Below are positions 40,512 to 45,844 of a stretch of 64,000 nucleotides of DNA, in pieces. Numbering within the stretch: position 1 is the stretch's first letter; each line of letters begins with the position of its first letter. Source of the DNA: a virus (Duplodnaviria > Caudoviricetes); IMG/VR virus record IMGVR_UViG_3300031993_000015, one strand, 5' to 3'. Under the pieces are notes generated by a model. That model did not search any database. It was not told the origin of the DNA and worked only from the letters and a program-made list of their open reading frames with translations. The position numbers were made by a program, and so were the translations under genes.

Positions 40512-40688
40512 GCCGTGGTAGTTCAAAGAGGAGGCAACGATAAGCCTCCCGGACAACTCGCTCGCTGACAACACTGCAGTGGCCTTGGATACCTTGCGCA
40601 GGGTGGTCCTATGGTTCGATCAGCACTGAGGAAGAACGGTCCGAAGATCCGGACATCGTTGCAGGTTCGAATCCTGCCCACGGCGACC
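40512..40688 (+). ncRNA. tRNA-like RNA with 100-nt D-loop insertion
   Basis: GCCGTGG/CCACGGC acceptor, GTTC/GAAC D stem, GCAGG-TTCGAAT-CCTGC T arm; insertion bounded by GAGGA at 40528 and 40628; 6-nt anticodon loop AAGATC. Confidence 0.7.
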
Positions 40689-40694
40689 TTTTTC

Positions 40695-40779
40695 GCTCCT
40701 GTAGTCTAAACAGGATAAGGCACTCAGCTGTAAACGAGGCGGCTGAGGGATTCTGGATCGTGCCCAGACAGGAGCTCCA
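40695..40779 (+). ncRNA. tRNA-like RNA (GTA anticodon) with 8-nt anticodon-loop insertion
   Basis: GCTCCTG/CAGGAGC + T + CCA; CTCAG-CTGTAAA-[CGAGGCGG]-CTGAG; atypical T loop ATCGTGC. Confidence 0.65.
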
Positions 40780-40784
40780 ATTTC

Positions 40785-40843
40785 AATCAGACCAGCACGG
40801 TTTGGGTAAGAGTGCATGGCTCCAATGAAGGCTGGTCTGGTTG
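40785..40843 (+). ncRNA. Hairpin RNA between tRNA-like genes
   Basis: caatcagaccagc/gctggtctggttg 13-bp closing stem. Confidence 0.45.
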
Positions 40844-40850
40844 GATACTT

Positions 40851-40943
40851 GTTACCTGGAGATCCGGGTTCGACGCCCGGCGCCGCGTTGGCTGCGTGCC
40901 AGCAAGGAGTAGTGGAAGCAAGAGGCTGAGAATACCAGGTAAC
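40851..40943 (+). ncRNA. Circularly permuted tRNA-like RNA (YrlA/Y-RNA-like topology)
   Basis: gttacctgg/ccaggtaac terminal helix enclosing AGAT, T arm CCGGG-TTCGACG-CCCGG, a closed acceptor-like hairpin and a weak D-like arm. Confidence 0.5.
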
Positions 40944-40956
40944 TTTTCGATCTCGT

Positions 40957-41030
40957 CGCGGGATACGGTAATGGCCACCGGGTGGTCCCATACACCACTT
41001 ATGGGAGTTCGATTCTCCCTCCCGCCACCA
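40957..41030 (+). tRNA. tRNA-Met(CAT), initiator-like, C33 variant
   Basis: C1xC72 mismatch, G11-C24, GTGGT-CCCATAC-ACCAC arm, A73, CCA. Confidence 0.8.
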
Positions 41031-41180
41031 ATTTGGCGCGGTTCCGGAACAACGCGCTGATAGGGACTGGCATGCACCCGAATTGATGAATGCAAAGGGT
41101 ACGCCTGTAAAGCTCTATGGGAGATCAGGTGGAAGACTCAGGTACCCGATTGAGCGAACCTGGCCTAATCGCTCTAACTT

Positions 41181-41295
41181 TCCGCGTGACTGCAGAAGTC
41201 GCGCTGGCTGACCGTAGCTCGACACCGTTATACAGGCACGGGCTTATCAAAGGTCTTCCAGCCATATCCTGGTTCGTTACCAGGGCGCGGAGCCA
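41181..41295 (+). ncRNA. tRNA-like RNA with ~45-nt structured anticodon-loop expansion
   Basis: TCCGCGT/GCGCGGA + G + CCA; TGGCTG/CAGCCA stem; T arm CCTGG-TTCGTTA-CCAGG; D arm weak. Confidence 0.55.
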
Positions 41296-41360
41296 CTCAC
41301 TTTGAGGCCGGTTGTGTCTTTCCTTGACTTTCGCACTTCCGGTCTCTTTTCATATCAACC

Positions 41361-41386
41361 AATTTTCAACTTGGAGTTCAAAATTC
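41361..41386. repeat. Quasi-palindromic site, copy 2
   Basis: AATTTTCAACTTGGAGTTCAAAATTC abutting ATG 41387. Confidence 0.75.
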
Positions 41387-41854
41387 ATGCAAGAAATCCT
41401 GAATAACACAATTTATGTCTTCTGGCTGTGCATGCTGATGCACCTACTGGCCGACTTCCACTTCCAGGGCGTCCTGGCGAACATGAAACAGAAGAGCTGG
41501 TGGCAGTATCAGGTCAAGAAGCGTTTCGGTCCTACAGAGGAAGCCAAGAGGGCCACACGGGTGTTTGGCGGCAAGCTGGAGGATCACTACGAACTGCCGA
41601 CATGGTACGACTACGACTGGTTCGCTGGCATCGTGTGTCACTCTACGATGTGGGCGCTCATCACGTATCTGCCCATGATGTTCACACTTACGGCGCCTGT
41701 GTGGAGCCTGTTCGTGTGCGCCAATATTGTGCTGCACGGTATCATCGACCATCTGAAGGCGAACCGCATGGGAACCCTGAATCTGAACCAGGATCAGTTC
41801 CTGCATCTGGTACAGGTCGCCTGTAGTGTAGTCGTGTGGCACTTTGTTCATTGA
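41387..41854 (+). CDS. DUF3307-like membrane protein
   Basis: HLLADFHFQ, HGIIDHLKA, DQFLHL motifs and several TM segments. Confidence 0.75.
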   Translation: MQEILNNTIYVFWLCMLMHLLADFHFQGVLANMKQKSWWQYQVKKRFGPTEEAKRATRVFGGKLEDHYELPTWYDYDWFAGIVCHSTMWALITYLPMMFTLTAPVWSLFVCANIVLHGIIDHLKANRMGTLNLNQDQFLHLVQVACSVVVWHFVH

Positions 41855-41867
41855 ATCAACTTTTTGT

Positions 41868-41940
41868 GGGCCTCTGGTGTAAAGGTCAGCACCCTTCTCT
41901 CATAAAGAAGCCGGTCTCAGTTCGAATCTGAGGGGGCCCA
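41868..41940 (+). tRNA. tRNA-Met or Ile2 (CAT); CCA not encoded
   Basis: GGGCCTC/GGGGCCC, CTTCT-CTCATAA-AGAAG, A73. Confidence 0.88.
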
Positions 41941-41953
41941 TAAACCTGTTTTT

Positions 41954-42025
41954 GACTGGCCAGTGAGCTGGAACGGTAGCCAGCGGCTTCAGTGCGATGC
42001 GGGTTCGAGTCCCGTCTGGCCGGTC
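41954..42025 (+). ncRNA. tRNA-like RNA with 10-bp acceptor and vestigial anticodon arm
   Basis: gactggccag/ctggccggtc; GCTGG/CCAGC D stem; GCGGG-TTCGAGT-CCCGT; only GC-TTCAGT-GC between D and T arms. Confidence 0.65.
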
Positions 42026-42027
42026 TT

Positions 42028-42036
42028 TATAGTAAG
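42028..42036 (+). promoter_or_regulatory. TATAGTAAG putative phage promoter motif
   Basis: Exact motif copy upstream of hairpin region, tRNA-Thr, tRNA-Pro and the array. Confidence 0.55.
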
Positions 42037-42314
42037 ACATAACCAGTCATGCTTAGGATCAATTCCGTGGCGTCACGAAATTGATAACCGCACAATCCTG
42101 GCTGGTGCTCGCCGGTGGTGAAATTCCACGCGATATAAATCACCGGCAGAGGGCGGCAGTCCGATCAGCTGCTGTCATAGGAAGAGGCGACCCGGTGCTG
42201 CCTGGTTGCTCGACTGATCTTCCGGTACGCCTGATTGTCTACGGCGGTGCTCCCCCGTTGCCTCTGGCTTCGGGTACGCTCCAGACGCCTGGGGCGGTTT
42301 TGTTCGTTGACATT

Positions 42315-42391
42315 GCCAGTGTAGCTCAGTAGGTAGCAGCAGCAGTTTTGTAAACTGCAGGTCGCGGGTTCAAATCCTGCCACTGGCTCCA
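42315..42391 (+). tRNA. tRNA-Thr(TGT)
   Basis: GCCAGTG/CACTGGC, GCAGT-TTTGTAA-ACTGC, CCA. Confidence 0.92.
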
Positions 42392-42396
42392 TTTTC

Positions 42397-42463
42397 GACA
42401 GGGAGCAACACAACGCAGACCTGGGTGGGTTCTGTGTGGTTTCTCCGGCTGTTGCTTCCTGTC
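42397..42463 (+). ncRNA. Hairpin RNA between tRNA-Thr and tRNA-Pro
   Basis: gacagggagcaaca/tgttgcttcctgtc 14-bp stem with G-U pair. Confidence 0.45.
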
Positions 42464-42472
42464 TTTCCTTTT

Positions 42473-42550
42473 CTGCGTGTAGCTCAGCCTGGCGAGAGCG
42501 TATCCTTTGGGAGGATAGGGTCGGGGGTTCGAATCCCTTCACGCAGACCA
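42473..42550 (+). tRNA. tRNA-Pro(TGG)
   Basis: CTGCGTG/CACGCAG, TATCC-TTTGGGA-GGATA, ACCA. Confidence 0.93.
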
Positions 42551-42582
42551 GCTTTGTCCTGTTGCGCATTTCAGGACAGAGA

Positions 42583-42662
42583 TGCGGGACCTCCTGTTCC
42601 AATCCAGGCAGCCAACGCAGCCGGTGCACACCTTACGCCGGTGCCTGGATGCAGACCCCGCA
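42583..42662 (+). ncRNA. TCCA-bulge hairpin motif, copy A
   Basis: CCTGTTCCAATC (42593) pairs with GATGCAG (42648) leaving a TCCA bulge. Confidence 0.55.
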
Positions 42663-42805
42663 ACAGCCTGTATTAGTCATAGAGCAGGCTGTCGCTCCCG
42701 TGTGCCTCACTATCTCAGCACACGGGAGTGTTTTGCATTTACCCGTGAAGTCTTGTAGGTACAAGGTCTGACGATGCCTTGTGCCTGCGGGACATAACGG
42801 CATGA

Positions 42806-42898
42806 GGGCTTTCCTGTTCCAATCACAGCCGCCTCTGCCCGCAAGGGCACCGTGCTATGCGCTCCTATTCCGGCGTGAAGTTGTGATGCAGACTGTCC
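42806..42898 (+). ncRNA. TCCA-bulge hairpin motif, copy B
   Basis: CCTGTTCCAATC (42813) and GATGCAGAC (42885) identical to copy A; flanking stems differ but still pair. Confidence 0.55.
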
Positions 42899-42938
42899 AC
42901 CCCCTGACCTCCTGTGCTGCCCGGCATGGGAGGTCTCT

Positions 42939-43495
42939 TTGCTTCTATTGACTGTGCGGGTGCTTCGCCCGCGTCTGTACATGTTCCCACCATGTATAGA
43001 AGGTCTAAATGGGTTCGCTTCGGCATCTGACCTTAGGGGAAGTTCTGCTCGGCTGCTGCAGCAGCCAGCATTCACTCCCCACTTGCGGTCATCCCTCGTC
43101 CAAGGCAGAGCCGCGCCTTTCGCTGATGGCGCACGGTGCTTAGCAGACTCTGATCTTTGATCTGAGTCTGCTTTCACCTGGCGCCATCTCGCTGCGCGAA
43201 CGCTCAACCGGATGGTACGGCTCGCTTGAGACCAGGATCATCTCATAAGATGATCAGCCTTCGGATATCGTTCACTACGTTCCGATCCCGAAGGCTTACT
43301 TCGCAGGACGACCGGGTCCTCTTCGACCTCGGTAGTCCTGCTCGTACTGGTCCAAGCTCGCCTACCGCACGCCGGTCCTCTCAGGAGAAGTCCCGGCGTG
43401 CGCTCGATCCAGCGGATCGCCATCCGGCACGGCTTTGGACTTCGGGCAAGATGCCTGCTCGAACCACATTAGATTTATACAAAGAACAGAAGCAA
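42939..43495 (+). ncRNA. Retron msr-msd-like array unit 1 (large, multibranched)
   Basis: ttgcttctatt/aacagaagcaa arms; G42950; gcgggtg-ctt-cgcccgc. Confidence 0.6.
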
Positions 43496-43501
43496 CTACC
43501 A

Positions 43502-43750
43502 GCCGTTTGACTTTGCAGGTGCTGCGCCTGCACTGTCCAGTGCTACCTGGATAGTAGAAACCTTGAACGTAATCCTAAAGCTCGCTGCTTTCAGCGTCGG
43601 AAGCCTTCCCCAGAAAGAGTAAACTCTTCCTGGAGGATGGCTTCCGACGACTTCCAACTGCGAGCTTCGCGGACGCGGCTTCCCAGGCTGCCCGTCGGGT
43701 GCGACGGGTAGCCGGAAGCCTCTCGACTAAGGTATCATCAAAGAAACGGC
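43502..43750 (+). ncRNA. Array unit 2
   Basis: gccgttt/aaacggc; G43509; tgcaggtg-ctg-cgcctgca. Confidence 0.7.
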
Positions 43751-43756
43751 AAATTA

Positions 43757-43916
43757 CCGGTTGAACCTGCGGGCGCTACGCTCGCACTGTTATCTGTGAC
43801 ATCCAGCACAGAGAGCAGTCTGCGTCCTGTGACTTGAGCTCAACCCGGTCTTCCGGAAACACAGTCTCCGGAAGACCTCTGTTGCGCCAAGTACAGGATC
43901 TGACATCAAGAACCGG
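43757..43916 (+). ncRNA. Array unit 3
   Basis: ccggtt/aaccgg; G43763; tgcgggcg-cta-cgctcgca; second short hairpin; long hairpin with ggtcttccgga/tccggaagacc core. Confidence 0.72.
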
Positions 43917-43923
43917 ACTTTCA

Positions 43924-44091
43924 TCAGCTGACAGGGCGGGCGATGCGCCTGCCATGCGTGCCATTCCCAGGATCGCATAAGAGTAGTCAAGCGTTTGCTA
44001 CCAGATCCTTTGGACCGTGTGTCGTCCCGCTTCGCGCAGACGACAAAGGTCCGGCGGCTCTGGTAACGCTCGCGCAGACCTACAGAGCTGA
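43924..44091 (+). ncRNA. Array unit 4
   Basis: tcagct/agctga; G43930; ggcgggcg-atg-cgcctgcc. Confidence 0.72.
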
Positions 44092-44100
44092 AAAACAATT

Positions 44101-44310
44101 ACCAGCTGACACGGGCAGGCGGTTCGTCTGCCATCTGCAGTTCTGCAAAGAGATGCAGAAACCTTGTTTCGGATTCGTTCACCAAGGTACCCTGCGCGAC
44201 ATCACCCCGCCGTCACGGCCCAGATCTTCTTCGAGATCTGACCCGTGCGAGCGGAGAGATGTCACTTGCGACCGTGGTTAACGACATTCGTACACACTTG
44301 TAGAGCTGGT
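44101..44310 (+). ncRNA. Array unit 5
   Basis: accagct/agctggt; G44108; ggcaggcg-gtt-cgtctgcc. Confidence 0.72.
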
Positions 44311-44316
44311 CTTATC

Positions 44317-44557
44317 GCAGTTGAACAGCAGGACGCTGCGTCCTGGCCTCACAGTCTTACCGGAACTGGTTAAGATGATTGAGGAGTTGACTCGGACTGG
44401 ATTCGCAAATGGAAACAAGATTAAGTACTATCTGGCTTCTGAGAACCCTTGTTCCGGGGAACCTGGATAAATCCCGGTTCCACCTGCACAAAGTTCTCAA
44501 CAGCCAACCGTACTGAATCTTTCCATGTGCTCATCCAGGTCACAATCAAAGAACTGC
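44317..44557 (+). ncRNA. Array unit 6
   Basis: gcagtt/aactgc; G44323; caggacg-ctg-cgtcctg; ~150-nt imperfect hairpin. Confidence 0.72.
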
Positions 44558-44561
44558 ATTC

Positions 44562-44686
44562 GCGCTTGAGTATAGGAGCCGGTTCGGCTCCCCGACTATG
44601 AAGTTTGAACTTCAAGTTGAAAATCACGGCGGACCTGAAACTGATCACGGGGATTTTGATCAGTTTCTCCCAGCCTATTGAAGCGC
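44562..44686 (+). ncRNA. Array unit 7 (contains quasi-palindromic site, copy 3, at 44600-44625)
   Basis: gcgctt/aagcgc; G44568; ggagccg-gtt-cggctcc. Confidence 0.7.
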
Positions 44687-44692
44687 ACAACC

Positions 44693-44903
44693 GCTTGCTG
44701 ACTATGCCGGTGTTCCGCCGGCGCCTGTGTCTGTTCCACAATAGTTCAGAAACAGGATTCCTTGTGAGAACATGCTACCTGAACCCTCACATGGATTGAC
44801 TTTGGATCCTCCCTCCATTGCACAGATGCAATCAGAGAGGAGGATCCTGCAGCAATCCTGTGATCGTTCAGGATGCACACTGCACAATCCGAATTGAGCA
44901 AGC
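44693..44903 (+). ncRNA. Array unit 8
   Basis: gcttgct/agcaagc; G44700; gccggtg-ttc-cgccggc. Confidence 0.72.
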
Positions 44904-44911
44904 ACAATCTA

Positions 44912-45169
44912 TCCGTTGACCAGGAGGCGTTTCGCCTCCATATGCATCATCCCGCTTTCCATAGAGAAATTGGCTGGAACTTAGATTTCAGTTCCGACGC
45001 CAGCAATGGAATCAGGGACGGTCGCAGTGCGAACAGAATGACCTCAACCTACACTACGCCACGCCCGACGGCAGGTCGGACTCAGATCGACTACGCGATC
45101 TGAAGTCCTCTAAGCCGTCGGGCAGGCGCACTGTAGTTTGCACTTCTGTCATTCACAATCCAGAACGGA
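44912..45169 (+). ncRNA. Array unit 9
   Basis: tccgtt/aacgga; G44918; ggaggcg-ttt-cgcctcc. Confidence 0.72.
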
Positions 45170-45174
45170 AACAA

Positions 45175-45371
45175 AGGCATAACTTCCGCAGTGCTTCGCT
45201 GCGGTCTGCGTGTGTTCAGCACAATCAGCAGAAATCTAACCCTTAACCGTCCCGCAGCACACCAACGGAAAGCTGTCCAGCACCGCCTACGCCAGGCTAT
45301 CACCTGGCTGCATCGGGCTGGACAGCCCTTCCTCTGTTGCGCTGCAGTTGGTCGGTTTCTCTTAAATGCCT
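45175..45371 (+). ncRNA. Array unit 10 (A instead of G after the 5' arm)
   Basis: aggcat/atgcct; A45181; ccgcagtg-ctt-cgctgcgg. Confidence 0.65.
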
Positions 45372-45831
45372 ACTTCTGCAGGCTTGCGTTGAAGGCCTTC
45401 AAACGGTCTTGCTCGGCTTTCCAGGCGAGATCAGCCGCAACCTGCGACGCGGCGGTCGGAGCATTGCTCGTACGACCGCGCTCAACGAAATCCAGGACTG
45501 CTTGGGGCACTGGCAGATTGTCGTGCCTCCGCAGGTCGGATGCTTCCATGATCTTGGCACGGAAATCGTGCAGGATGTCGCAAAGCTCATCCCAGCCTCT
45601 TGTTCCGGCTCTGATAAGGCCGTCGCACATCTGGCAGATGTTGTAGTAGCGATCCACAGCTTTTTCCAGAGGTATGATATGGTCGCGCATCACGCCATGT
45701 GCTCCCTTGAGCACGATGTCATAGCCTCTGACTTCGAGACCGGCGAACCCGTGGAACACCATAGCAGCCCCATTCAGGCTGTCGTAAACATCTTCGCCGG
45801 ACCTCGTTTTTTGGTTTTTAATGATTCCCAT
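45370..45831 (-). CDS. Hypothetical protein downstream of terminase
   Basis: RBS AAGGAG; stop codon overlaps end of array unit 10. Confidence 0.65.
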   Translation of the reverse strand: MGIIKNQKTRSGEDVYDSLNGAAMVFHGFAGLEVRGYDIVLKGAHGVMRDHIIPLEKAVDRYYNICQMCDGLIRAGTRGWDELCDILHDFRAKIMEASDLRRHDNLPVPQAVLDFVERGRTSNAPTAASQVAADLAWKAEQDRLKAFNASLQK

Positions 45832-45844
45832 TGCAAGACTCCTT

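Noticed and set aside
40626-40660. Hammerhead ribozyme (CUGAGGA core match)
   Set aside because: No GAAA after a stem II; the sequence is explained by the tRNA-like D arm.
41030-41295. tmRNA
   Set aside because: No Ala-type acceptor (G3-U70, A73) and no recognisable tag reading frame.
42593-42893. T-box antiterminator on the - strand (TGGAACA)
   Set aside because: Bulge would be on the wrong side of the helix, and G-U pairs favour the + strand.
42081-45303. Short ORFs listed across the RNA island
   Set aside because: No RBS, atypical composition, and they overlap tRNAs and dense hairpins.
42939-45371. CRISPR array
   Set aside because: No identical direct repeats or constant spacer length; conservation is structural; no cas genes seen.
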